Source: an uncultured Chloroflexia bacterium (GTDB lineage Bacteria > Chloroflexota > Chloroflexia > Thermomicrobiales > UBA6265). From it: a stretch of DNA of 64,000 nt. This document shows, piece by piece, positions 36,741 through 46,160 of this stretch (its first letter is position 1; each line of letters opens with the position of its first letter). The stretch spans positions 1,609,739-1,673,738 of the forward strand of contig CAVXMV010000005.1 of assembly GCA_963763125.1 (NCBI GenBank), given 5' to 3'. The translations under genes were made by a program, and so were the position numbers. The notes below the pieces were generated by a model that saw nothing but the letters and a program-made list of their open reading frames with translations, did not search any database and was not told the DNA's origin.

Positions 36741-37458
36741 GTTCGGCAGGATGGCATCCTGCACTCGACCCCGAAATCCATACCCGATTAGCACCGTGCT
36801 CGATCCCGGAATCCCCTCGATTGACTGTCATCTCACCGGGAGTGAGGTTCGCAGGCGACGATTAGGGGGCGATGCATGAACGCTGCCCAGGAGGTGCGAC
36901 CCGCGCATGGTCTCCTGCAGCAGGGAATTGACCGGTCGCCACCGGGGACGACTGGAGATGGTCCTGGATCCGGGGTAGAGAAATGAGTCACCAGCGTATA
37001 TGATGGGCTCTGACGTTTGATCCTGCATACCTTCGCTGTCGGTTGCGACGATGCAACGTCCTCAACGTAGCGAGCCTCACCGGTCTGGTTTTCACCCGAT
37101 CTGAGGCACAGCGAACAGGCTCCACGGGCGATCTGCCAGGTCGCATTCCTCCGGGATGCACGTTCGTATTGCAGAAAGGGGGGAAAGCATGATGATGCTT
37201 GTCCACACACGTGCGGCCGCAACGGGTTCCGCGCGTATCGGGGCTGTCGCGTAGTATCGCGATCGCTTCGGATACGAATCGATCCACAATATCCACACTG
37301 AAATCGGAATCCATGCTCCGCCGTTGACGGCATTGCGGCGTGGTTCTTCCACGGCGTGATTGCCGAGATCGACGACGTGCGGCGACCGCCATCGTGGCGC
37401 TCGTCGTCGCCGTCGTGTGTCCGGGGCGAGCTGAGCCCATCGAGGAGTCACCTGAGCC

Positions 37459-38705
37459 ATGGCTGAATTGGCGACAAAAACAGAAGAAACACCAGCACCC
37501 GTGCCCGGGACCGGCCATATCGGCCAAACCTTCCTGGTTGGGGAGAATGTCTACATCCGGGCCATTGAACCGAGCGATGCCAAATACGGCCAGTCCTGGA
37601 CCAATTCCATCCTGCCCCGGGCCACCACCTGGTACGAGAAGTGGATCAAGGAAGAGCTGCCGAAGCAGAAGCGGCATGCCACCTACATCATCCTCCGCAA
37701 GCGCGACGATGTGCCGGTCGGCAGCATTCGCACCTGGCGCTGGGATCCGACCACATATACCGATGCCTACGTCGACCCCCTCTACGGCGAGCAGGGCCAG
37801 GCCTGGAAGGCCGAGGCGCTGCGGATGGCCATCCCGTGGATGGTGGATGAGCAGCAGCGCCCAAGGATTCAGCTCTCGGTCGCGGGCGACGACCAGGTGA
37901 CCATCGAGGCGCTCGACGGCGCTCGGTGCGCGCCAGTCCGCGCGCTTCCGCGAGCAGCTCCGGACCTGGGGCGGGCGCATCGACGGCCTGCGCTTCGAGT
38001 ACCTCAACCGGCAGTGGGTCGAGCGGCTTCGGCGATCCGGCGGACATCCAGCTGGCCCGCACCGGCACCGGCGAGGCGCGCCCGGTGCCCGCCCCGGTCA
38101 CGCTCGATGGCGACTCCCCGGCCAACGCCGTGCGGGTCGGCGAGCGCGTCTACCTGCGGCCCCTGACCAAGGACGACGCACCCCAGGTGGCCCGCTGGAC
38201 CCGGCAGGAGACGGAGACGTTCTGGGATGCGGGACGCTTCATGTACAGCGCACCCGGGTTCCAGCACTGGACCGAGGACAACCAGAAGGCAGACCCGGCA
38301 ACGCATGTCCGGTTCGCCGTTTGCCTGCGGGAGAACGACGAGCTGATCGGCAGCCTGGGCATCGCCGGCATCGACTACGTCCACGGCTTCGCCGAAACGG
38401 AGAGCGAAATCAACCGCCCGGAGTACCGCGGCGGCGGATACGGATCGGAAGCGAAGCACCTGCTGTTCGACTACGCCTTCAATACCCTCAACCTGCACTC
38501 GCTGCAGTCGATCGTCATCTTCCCCAACACACGGTCCGCGGCTGCCTTGCGCAAGCAGGGATACCGGGAAGCCGGACGGCAGCACTGGGGCTTCTCGTCG
38601 TTCGGGAAATTCGAGAACTTCGTCTGTTTCGACCTGCTCGCCAGCGACTGGCGGCAGATGCCGCGCACCAACGGTGCGCTGGCGGAAGGAAAGCGTGCCG
38701 TATGA
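37459..38705 (+). pseudogene. Double-GNAT (two RimJ/RimL-like acetyltransferase domains) protein, copy A, two frame changes
   Basis: MAELATKTEETPAPVPGTGHIGQTFLVGENVYIRAIEPSD...IEALDG reads in frame 1. LGARQSARFREQLRTWGGRIDGLRFEYLNRQWVERL reads in frame 2 (~37921-38030). GDPADIQLARTGTGEARPV...NRPEYRGGGYGSEAKHLLFDYAF... reads in frame 3. Confidence 0.75.
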
Positions 38706-39935
38706 GCACCGCAACGATACCAACAGAACAGGAAACCGCCCCGGCGCCCGGAACAGGCCACGAAGGGCAAACCTTCCTGGTTGGATCCGAAATCTACCTC
38801 CGGGGTGTGGAAACCGCCGATGCCAGGGTCGCGATGTCGTGGCGGCCCAATCTCTTCCCGGTCTCGCCCGAGCGCACCGAGGAGTGGATCAAGGATGACC
38901 TGGTCAAGGAAGATGACACCCAGTTGCTGATGATCGTCCGCAAGTCGGATGACCGGGTGGTCGGATCGGTCAAAATGCACATGGACGGATTCCACCACTG
39001 GCTCGAAGCCAAGGCCGATCCGCTCTTCGGGAGCCAGGGACTGCGCTGGAAAGGCCAGGCGGTCGCCCTCGTGGCGGATTGGATCATCAACGAGCGTGGA
39101 CAGCCCGTGGTCTACATCGACCTTCCCGGCTGACGAGCAACCGGTGATCGAGGAAATCGAACGGATCGGCATGCGCGAGTCTGCCCGATTCCGCGAGATG
39201 CTGGAGCGCGACGGCAAACGCGTCGATCGTGTCTGCCTACGAACTCCTGGGCCCGGAGTGGCTTGCCAATCTGGGCGATCCGAACGAGGCGCCGCTGGAA
39301 CGCACCGGAACGGGCGAGGCCGCGACCGGTGCCGCCGCCGGTTGTGATCGAGGGCGATCCGCCCCGCAACGCGATGATGGTCGGCAAGCGAGTCTACTTG
39401 CGCCCGGAAGAACCGAGCGATGGCGTGCAGGCCGCGATGGCTGCGCGCCAGGAAACGGAAACCTTCTTCGACATCGGCCGGCACCTCACGAGCTCGGTGA
39501 TGTACGGAAAGTGGGTCGAGGATCACCAGAAGAACGACCTCGCCATCGTGGATCACGTTCTGCGTCTGCCTGCGAGAAACCGACGAGCAGATCGGCTGGG
39601 TTGCGCTGCTGGACGTGGATTACCAGAATCGGTTCGCCGAAACCGGCAGCTTTTTCGGAGAGGCGAAATACCGGGGCAGCGGCTATGGCTCGGAGGCCAA
39701 GCAGTTATTGCTGGAATATGCCTTCGAGCGGCTCGGCCTGCACATGGTGCAATCCTGGGTCTACTTCCAGAACACCAGGTCGGCGGCGGCGCTGCGCAAG
39801 CAGGGCTACACGGAGGCCGGCCGGGTCAACTGGGTCTATTCGAACAACGGCACGCTCGACAACTTCGTGGTGTTCGACCTGCTGGCCGAGGAATGGCGCG
39901 CCATGCCCCGCAAGGAATGGGGCGGCAGCGCATAA
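38702..39935 (+). pseudogene. Double-GNAT protein, copy B, four frame changes
   Basis: An ATGA overlap links it to copy A. MSTATIPTEQETAPAPGTGHEGQTFLVGSEIYLRGVETAD...VVYIDLP runs to ~39128. ADEQPVIEEIERIGMRESARFREMLERDGKRVDRV runs to ~39230. YELLGPEWLANLGDPNEAPLERTGTGEA runs to ~39318. RPVPPPVVIEGDPPRNAMMVGKRVYLRPEE...KNDLA runs to ~39548. WITFCVCLRETDEQIG...KYRGSGYGSEAKQLLLEYAF... completes it. Confidence 0.75.
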
Positions 39936-39947
39936 GGAGCGTGCCGA

Positions 39948-41180
39948 ATGGGCATCGCAACGCTGAAACCCGCCGGGGCGTCGACCCCGGCGGGTTTGGG
40001 GCATCTGGGGCAAACCTTCCTCGTCGGCAATGAGGTGTACCTGCGTGGTGTGGAATCCGCCGACGCCAGGGTCGCGATGTCGTGGCGGCCAACCCTCTTC
40101 CCCGTTTCACCCGAGTGCACCGAGGAGTGGATCAAGGACGACCTCGTCAAGGAAGACGATTCGCAGCTCCTGATGATTGTCCGTAAGTTGGATGACCGCG
40201 TGGTGGGATCGGTGAAGGTCCAGTCTGAAGACATGCACCACTGGCTCGATGCCCGGGTCGATCGCCTCTACGGGGAGCGCGGCCTGCGCTGGAAGGCCGA
40301 GGCGATGACGCTGGTGGCGGCCTGGATCGTCGACGAGCGCGGCCAACCCGTGGCGACCGTCGAGGTGGCGGCAGACGAGACCCCGGTGATCGCGGCGGTC
40401 GAGGCCATGGGCATGCGCCAGTCGGCCCGGTTCCGGGAGATGTTCGAGCGCGACGGGGGCCGCGTCGATCGCCTGATCTACGAGTATCTCAACCCGGCCT
40501 GGCTGGCGAACCTGGGCGACCCCAACGATATGCCTCTGGAGCGAACGGGGTCCGGTAAGGTGCGTCCCGTCCCGCCTCGGGTTGTGTTCCAAGGCGATCC
40601 GCCCCGGAACGCGGTGATGGTCGGCAAGCGGGTCTACCTCCGCCCGGAGGAGCCGGGTGAGGGTGTCGGCCGGGCGTTACAGGACCGGCAGGAGACCGAG
40701 ACCTTCTTCAACATCGGCCGGCACCTGACGAGCTCGGTGACATTTCGGCACTGGATCGAAGGTGACCAGAAACCGGACCTCCCGACCTGGATCAGGATGA
40801 GTGTCTGCCTGCGGGAAACCGACGAGCCGATCGGCGATGTCGCCCTGTGCAACGTGAACTACCAGCGTCGTACCGCTGAAACGGCCAGCTACGTCGGGCC
40901 GGCGAAGTACCGGGGCAGCGGGTTTGGCTCCGAAGCCAAGCATCTCCTGCTGGAGTACGCGTTCGAGCGCCTTGGCCTGCACATGGTGGAATCGTGGGTG
41001 GTGTTCCCCAACACACGCTCAGCTGCCGCGCTGCGCAAGCAGGGCTACACGGAGGCGGGCCGGATCAATTGGCTTTACCCGTACAACGGCAGCCTCGGCG
41101 GTTGCGTGGTCTTCGACCTGCTTGCCGAGGAATGGCGCGCCCTGCCCCGCAAGGAATGGCAGGGCGAGGCGGAATCCTGA
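39948..41180 (+). CDS. Double-GNAT protein, copy C (intact, 410 aa)
   Basis: A single ORF, colinear with copies A and B. The N-terminal module carries GERGLRWKAEA. The C-terminal module carries the canonical acetyl-CoA loop YRGSGFGSEAKHLLLEYAF. Both modules start with VG.(E/R)VYLR..E..(D/E). Confidence 0.85.
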   Translation: MGIATLKPAGASTPAGLGHLGQTFLVGNEVYLRGVESADARVAMSWRPTLFPVSPECTEEWIKDDLVKEDDSQLLMIVRKLDDRVVGSVKVQSEDMHHWLDARVDRLYGERGLRWKAEAMTLVAAWIVDERGQPVATVEVAADETPVIAAVEAMGMRQSARFREMFERDGGRVDRLIYEYLNPAWLANLGDPNDMPLERTGSGKVRPVPPRVVFQGDPPRNAVMVGKRVYLRPEEPGEGVGRALQDRQETETFFNIGRHLTSSVTFRHWIEGDQKPDLPTWIRMSVCLRETDEPIGDVALCNVNYQRRTAETASYVGPAKYRGSGFGSEAKHLLLEYAFERLGLHMVESWVVFPNTRSAAALRKQGYTEAGRINWLYPYNGSLGGCVVFDLLAEEWRALPRKEWQGEAES

Positions 41181-41198
41181 GCAGCCGCTCGCGTCTGG

Positions 41199-41238
41199 TA
41201 GTGGCCGCCCTGTCCCGCTGGATGTGGCGGCCACTACC
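41199..41238. repeat. Repeat family B hairpin
   Basis: gtagtggccgcc-ctgtcccgctggatgt-ggcggccactac forms a 12-bp stem and matches 26271-30305-type copies in reverse complement (see 26271-26305). Confidence 0.75.
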
Positions 41239-41316
41239 AGCCCACTGGGGCAACCGGTGGAGCACCCGCCTGAGAAGGGCTGACACAGAATCGACCAGTT
41301 TGGGATATGGCGAGTT

Positions 41317-41356
41317 GTCATTCCTGGTCGATTCAGGCTCGCTGCCGCTGCCGCCC
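41317..41356 (-). repeat. Repeat family A copy with GTCATTCC terminus
   Basis: gtcattcctggtcgattcaggctcgctgccgctgccgccc compares with the reverse complement of 5398-5437. Confidence 0.75.
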
Positions 41357-41378
41357 CTACGACCGGCGATGACGCAAG

Positions 41379-41939
41379 TCACCCAGCCGGATTCAACGCC
41401 AGTTCATCCCTGGCTGCCGTGTCCCGGTAGAGATCGCGCAGCACTGCCACCTCCGCCGCGTGATGCAGGAACTCGCGGTTGATGTGCAGCACCAGGGTGA
41501 GGAACGGCTCGTTGGCAAAGGGCCCTTCGGCCGGGCCGCATGGCCGGAACAATCCCTCTTCGCCCAGTGCGCGAACGCCATCGCACCAGCGGGTGTATTC
41601 TGCGGTCACGATCCGGAGCGCATCCCGCGCCGACCCGGTCCACGACACTACCATCGGATCGAACGAGCCATCCCCGAAATGATTGCTGGCGCGTTGCCCA
41701 AAGATCGTGGCGATATGCGCGAGTCGCCAGGCGATCGTGGTGAATGGGGGCGGGGTAGGCTCGGGCCTTGCCAAATCCTGGCGCCAGGCGCCGTCGCTGG
41801 TCGGTCGAACCGACCAGCACCCCGCCACCGGCTCCCAGCGGTACTCCTCGTCGGTCAGTCCCTCCAGGCGCGGCTGGAACTGGTAATCCCAGGCAAAGGT
41901 CAGTTGATCGAGGAGGGCACTGTTCCACGAAAACGTCAT
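41379..41939 (-). CDS. DinB-family (DinB_2 / mycothiol-maleylpyruvate-isomerase-N-like) metal-binding protein
   Basis: The start MTFSWNSALLDQLTFAWDYQFQPRLEGLTDEEYRWEP has AGGAG upstream. Conserved His contexts are IAWRLAHI and HINREFLHHAAEV. Confidence 0.8.
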   Translation of the reverse strand: MTFSWNSALLDQLTFAWDYQFQPRLEGLTDEEYRWEPVAGCWSVRPTSDGAWRQDLARPEPTPPPFTTIAWRLAHIATIFGQRASNHFGDGSFDPMVVSWTGSARDALRIVTAEYTRWCDGVRALGEEGLFRPCGPAEGPFANEPFLTLVLHINREFLHHAAEVAVLRDLYRDTAARDELALNPAG

Positions 41940-42029
41940 TAATCGCTCCTGTATCACGGATTGTTCGAGAAGTTGGCCGGGCGTTGGCCTGGTGTTCAGC
42001 GTAGCGATCGGTCTGGACATTTCGTGTCC

Positions 42030-42431
42030 GCTTTTCGGGGAGGGGCTGGCCGGCTGGATGTGTCCTTCCTGACTTGCCTGAGGATTGATCCGGCGTGACT
42101 CCGAGCGCCGGGCGCTTCCGAGGCAGCAGCGACGGCGGTGGCGAGAACGAGGTCGTCCTCATCGTCTTCGGCGACCCCGTGAACTCCAGTGATGGGGATC
42201 ACCAATCTCACCTGTACCCTGAGACTCGAAAGTCGTTGCTCAAGTTCATGGGAGTCGAGTCGCTTTTGCCAATATGGCTTCTTGAGTGCTCTCGAAGCAC
42301 CTTCGAGGAATATGTTCGGATACGTAGATATCGAACATATCCTCTTCCCAAAGAGAGATGATTTGCGATGGTGTAGAAGAGCCTGTCACGAGTCCAGAAA
42401 GCAGCATGTTCGTATCAAGAACGACCTTCAT
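42030..42431 (-). pseudogene. PIN-domain toxin (VapC-like), frame-broken; 3' end ill-defined
   Basis: MKVVLDTNMLLSGLVTGSSTPSQIISLWEEDMFDIYVSEHI runs to ~42308. It continues as LEGASRALKKPYWQKRLDSHELEQRLSSLRVQVRLVIPITGVHGVAEDDEDDLVLATAVAA. The expected ...LVTGD... tail is not recovered in a single frame. An ATGA overlap links it to the antitoxin stop. Confidence 0.65.
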
Positions 42432-42793
42432 TCTCCGACGCCGTGAGCAAGCATGCGATCAGTCGATGTTTCCCGTGCCAGTCGCTCTCGCCTCCGGTCT
42501 TCCTTTACTTCGGCCAACGCCTTTTCGATTTCAGCCTCGAGTTCTTCGTCGGGAATATCCTTGAATGGTTCGCGGAACTCGTTGATAAACTTCTTGCGAG
42601 CTTCAATTTCATCGTCCCGGTTTCGCAATCTCCGCACATCTTCCATCGAGACAATCCCTACGGCAGGGGCGCCGTGCTTCTCGACGATGACGCGGCCTTC
42701 GCCACGAGCGACGCGATTGACGACCTCACCAAAGTTCTGGCGAACTTCAGAGGCGGACATCACTTCCGGATCGCTGGATTTGGACTTTGGCAT
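42428..42793 (-). CDS. Phd/YefM-family antitoxin
   Basis: The likely start is MPKSKSSDPEVMSASEVRQNFGEVVNRVARGEGRVIVEKHGAPAVGIVSMEDVRRL. It has an acidic or helical C-terminal extension. GC content is visibly lower than in the flanks. Confidence 0.8.
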   Translation of the reverse strand: MPKSKSSDPEVMSASEVRQNFGEVVNRVARGEGRVIVEKHGAPAVGIVSMEDVRRLRNRDDEIEARKKFINEFREPFKDIPDEELEAEIEKALAEVKEDRRRERLARETSTDRMLAHGVGE

Positions 42794-42822
42794 CGTGAGC
42801 TCCTGAATGCTGGATGCGGCGT

Positions 42823-42848
42823 AGTTTTGTACAATATTGTACAAAACT
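42823..42848. promoter_or_regulatory. 26-bp perfect palindrome; candidate operator of the TA operon
   Basis: AGTTTTGTACAAT|ATTGTACAAAACT lies 30 nt upstream of the antitoxin start codon. Confidence 0.6.
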
Positions 42849-43002
42849 GGTGCCATTGGCAGATACAACCGCCCGAACTGCCGGTTCACAGCCGTGAACC
42901 CCATCCTGCGTATGGTTGAGGCAAGATCGTCGATCTCCGGGAGCATGATCGATGTCACATGACCGAAGCCTGTCGCCATAGCGAATGAGGTACGCTCAGA
43001 AT

Positions 43003-43452
43003 ATGCCACTCACAGGTGAATACGAGCCGAGCACATCCGATTGGGCTCGCAAGCAGATGGAGCTCTTCGAGGGATCGGGAGGCACGAAAGGCGCCACCCT
43101 GCGCGGGATGCCGATCATCGTGATGACCTCCGTGGGAGCGAAGAGTGGAAAGTTGCGCAAGACTCCATTGATGCGCGTCGAACACGAGGGTGAGTACGCG
43201 GTGGTCGCATCGCTGGGTGGCGCCCCCAAGCACCCCGTGTGGTACTACAACCTCAAGAAGAATCCCCACGTCGAACTTCAGGATGGTCCCGTCAAGCGGG
43301 ATTACCTGGCGAGAGAAGTCACGGGTGACGAGAAGGCCGCGTGGTGGGAGCGGTCCGTTGCCGCATACCCTGACTATGCGGATTATCAAAAGAGGACGGC
43401 TCGCGAGATCCCGGTGTTCGTCCTGACGGCGATGGGTAGTGATCAGCACTGA
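43003..43452 (+). CDS. Deazaflavin (F420H2)-dependent nitroreductase/quinone reductase family (DDN-like)
   Basis: [88 protein letters not shown] is the family hallmark. Confidence 0.85.
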   Translation: MPLTGEYEPSTSDWARKQMELFEGSGGTKGATLRGMPIIVMTSVGAKSGKLRKTPLMRVEHEGEYAVVASLGGAPKHPVWYYNLKKNPHVELQDGPVKRDYLAREVTGDEKAAWWERSVAAYPDYADYQKRTAREIPVFVLTAMGSDQH

Positions 43453-44311
43453 TGATCATGTGTGCAGGGATGAGGTATCTCCCTGCACGTTCATCAGCTT
43501 CGATGAGCTCGAGGAAGAGAGTTCCTTGATTCACGGTGAGGTCAGTGTGGAAAGCGCGGACTATACGTACCAGCAACTGCGTGACATCGCTGCCACCGTT
43601 GGGGACCGAAGTGGCTGGGATTTCTCACGGATGCAGACCGAGCGCGAACCGGTGCCATGGGATTATATGGAGATAGTGCCGCGCTACCTGCAGCGTAGCG
43701 ATGCCATTCTCGATGTTGGGACAGGTGGCGGCGAAAAGTTGATCGCTTTCTCCCAGTCCTTTGGGACGGGTGTCGGGATTGACCCGGACCCAGAGATGAT
43801 AGGAGCGGCACGGGAGAATGGGGCAGCCCATCCGAACGTGACGTTCGTCGAAATGGGAGCTGAAACCCTGGCATTTTCCGAGGCAACCTTTGATGTTGTG
43901 CTGACCCGGCATGCGCCGGTGTGCGTTCCTGAAGTGGTTCGCGTCCTGAAGCCCGGCGGCTACTTCGTTACCCAGGGGATAGGCGCTCAAAACATGGCCA
44001 ATATCCGGGAGGCGTTCGGTACCGGAAGTGGCGTTCAATACGACGAGGAATTTCGATCCTCTATCGAAGAATTCACACGGCTTGGATGCCGCATTGTGGC
44101 AACTGGTTTCTATAACGTGCGCTACTGGGTGAAGGATATTCCCTCACTCATCTTCTGGTTCAAGGCCATTGCCGGCGCCAATGAAGTGCCCGAAGGGTTC
44201 TCCATTGATCGAGATTGGCAAGCGGTTAGCCGAATCATCGCGGAGCACTCCAGTCCGGGCGGCGTCCTCACGAACGAGCACCGAACATTGCTCGTTGCAC
44301 AGAAGCCGTAG
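43439..44311 (+). CDS. Class I SAM-dependent methyltransferase
   Basis: Motif [13 protein letters not shown] is present. The start is uncertain: either GTG at 43439, overlapping the DDN stop, or ATG at 43631 after the hairpin gtgcaggga-N9-tccctgcac. Confidence 0.75.
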   Translation: MISTDDHVCRDEVSPCTFISFDELEEESSLIHGEVSVESADYTYQQLRDIAATVGDRSGWDFSRMQTEREPVPWDYMEIVPRYLQRSDAILDVGTGGGEKLIAFSQSFGTGVGIDPDPEMIGAARENGAAHPNVTFVEMGAETLAFSEATFDVVLTRHAPVCVPEVVRVLKPGGYFVTQGIGAQNMANIREAFGTGSGVQYDEEFRSSIEEFTRLGCRIVATGFYNVRYWVKDIPSLIFWFKAIAGANEVPEGFSIDRDWQAVSRIIAEHSSPGGVLTNEHRTLLVAQKP

Positions 44312-44432
44312 TCAGCAGTTGTGACCTTCCATGCCATAATCGATGGTATGCCACCGCTCGTTTCCAGCTTCAATTGCGTCCTGCCGATCGCTTTACCTCG
44401 CCTGCCGTGCTCTGGTGGGTTCAGCAACATCC

Positions 44433-45518
44433 ATGTCGTTTGTCGCCTTGCAAATCTCAACGTTCCGGGAGAACACAGACATGCTGGCCAGCGAAGCGCA
44501 TTCGATCGCCCGCGAATGGGTTCAGGAAAATCGGACGCGGTTTCCAGGATATGCCGGCGCCTACCTTGCCGGGTCTGTCGCGTGGCTGGGAGATGACGAT
44601 CCTGTCTCGCCAAACTCGGACATCGACATCATGGTCGTGATCGAGGACGACAAGGTTGCGTCGAAACCCGGTAAATTCACCAGCCGGGCCGTCCTGCTTG
44701 AAGCGTCAATCGTCCCGTTCAGCGAGATCGCCGATCCCGAAACGGCAGTCGATCGCTATCACCTCGCCGCCAGCATCGCCCGCCAGCACATCCTCGACGA
44801 TCCCTCGGGCATACTTGCGCCACGCTTCGGGATCATCGCCGCCGAATTTCCACGGCGAGAGCGGGTGATCGCGCGCATGGATAACGCGCAGCAGAGGGTT
44901 GTCACGGGGCTGGATAATCTTCCGGCCGGTGCCCCGTTTCACATGCAGGTCATGGCGTGGCTCTTTCCGTCGAGCGTGACGACGCACATCCTGCTTGTGG
45001 CCGGGTTGCGGAATCCGACCATTCGGCGACGCTTCGTCGAGGTGCGACACCTGCTCGAATCGTATGGTGAATCCTCCCAGCTCGATCTTCTGCTCTCCCT
45101 GATCGGATGCGACGTCGTCACCCGGCACGATGCCGAGCGATACCTGGCCGCGTTGGAGCCGGTGTTCGACACCACTGCTGCCGTCGATTCATCGACGTCG
45201 CGCTGGGCGTCCGATATTTCGACCGATGCACGCCGGATCTCGATCGATGGCACCCGCGAACTGATCGAGTCTGGCTACCATCGCGAATCGATGTTCTGGA
45301 TTGTCGCGACGTTCACCCGGTGCCTGGATGTCCTTGCTGGGGCGGACGAGACGGATCGTTACCAGGAAGCCGACGCCCCGTTCCGGGCGATGATGGCTGA
45401 TCTCGGAATATGCTCGTTCGCCGATATTCGCGATCGATCCCGCGAGGTGATTGCCATGTTGCCGGCTATTCGCGACACGGCAGATCGCATTTTGGAGCGA
45501 ACCCCCGCCGTCATCTGA
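44433..45518 (+). CDS. Nucleotidyltransferase-domain protein with helical C-terminal domain
   Basis: It has the minimal NTase motif AGSVAWLGDDDPVSPNSDIDIMVVIEDD (GS...DxD). An alternative start is at 44481 (MLASEAHS). Confidence 0.7.
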   Translation: MSFVALQISTFRENTDMLASEAHSIAREWVQENRTRFPGYAGAYLAGSVAWLGDDDPVSPNSDIDIMVVIEDDKVASKPGKFTSRAVLLEASIVPFSEIADPETAVDRYHLAASIARQHILDDPSGILAPRFGIIAAEFPRRERVIARMDNAQQRVVTGLDNLPAGAPFHMQVMAWLFPSSVTTHILLVAGLRNPTIRRRFVEVRHLLESYGESSQLDLLLSLIGCDVVTRHDAERYLAALEPVFDTTAAVDSSTSRWASDISTDARRISIDGTRELIESGYHRESMFWIVATFTRCLDVLAGADETDRYQEADAPFRAMMADLGICSFADIRDRSREVIAMLPAIRDTADRILERTPAVI

Positions 45519-46119
45519 AGCGTTCATCCTGATCTCGTGGCAGGCGATCGAATTCCGCTATGGAACGGACTCCGCGATCGAGAACTGCCCGGTAGATATC
45601 GATCCCATGGATGTCCGTTCCATACCGGGACGCTTCGACGAGATCGCGCTTGATGCGCAGGATCGCACCGCGTTCATCGAGCGATGCGTTGAGCAATCGA
45701 TCGCGGATCACGATCTCGGGGCGTGGGGCAGCTTCCGGAAAGAACCACACGTCGATTTTCCATTCGGCCTCGGACCGGGTTCCTTCCTCGTAATAGCGAA
45801 TGCCGCAATAAATGCCCTCGTCTTCAGGGCCAGACATAGACTGAAACGACCCTCGCTCATCCACCAGGTTCACACGCTTCACATGCGGATGCTCGAACAG
45901 CGATTGTGCGATGGGGAATATGAGTGAGGTGTCCAGGACAGGACAGAGCACACCAATATCGATGTCCCGTACCACCATCATGCCCGCAGCAGAGCTTCCG
46001 ATTCGAACCGGGCGGCCAACCGATGCGAGGCGGCCCAGCAAGTCGAGATCAGTAAGGATGTGATCTGCCATTACCGCGAACTGGTCGGCGAGAATAACAA
46101 TCTTGTCCTGACCAGGCAT
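45511..46119 (-). CDS. Nucleotidyltransferase-fold protein
   Basis: The start is MPGQDKIVIL. RIGSSAAGMMVVRDIDIGVLCP supplies the GS...DxD motif. It overlaps the convergent NTase gene by 8 bp. Confidence 0.65.
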   Translation of the reverse strand: MPGQDKIVILADQFAVMADHILTDLDLLGRLASVGRPVRIGSSAAGMMVVRDIDIGVLCPVLDTSLIFPIAQSLFEHPHVKRVNLVDERGSFQSMSGPEDEGIYCGIRYYEEGTRSEAEWKIDVWFFPEAAPRPEIVIRDRLLNASLDERGAILRIKRDLVEASRYGTDIHGIDIYRAVLDRGVRSIAEFDRLPRDQDERFR

Positions 46120-46160
46120 CACGTCGCGGTCGTCTCCATCGTCGATCCCTTGCCGGTCCG

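Noticed and set aside
37060-37120. String acccgatctgaggcacagcg, which resembles the ACCTGATCTGGATAATGCCAGCG core of TPP riboswitches
   Set aside because: The other conserved TPP elements (the GGGGTGC and CTGAGA helices) are missing, and no thiamine-related gene lies downstream.
36833-37333. Minus-strand ORF with FQCGYCGS and HVCG strings, considered as a TnpB/IS605 zinc-finger remnant
   Set aside because: The conserved TnpB context (RuvC motifs, the ADxNAAxNI tail) is absent in all frames. No IS ends or transposase are nearby, so the Cys pairs are probably chance occurrences.
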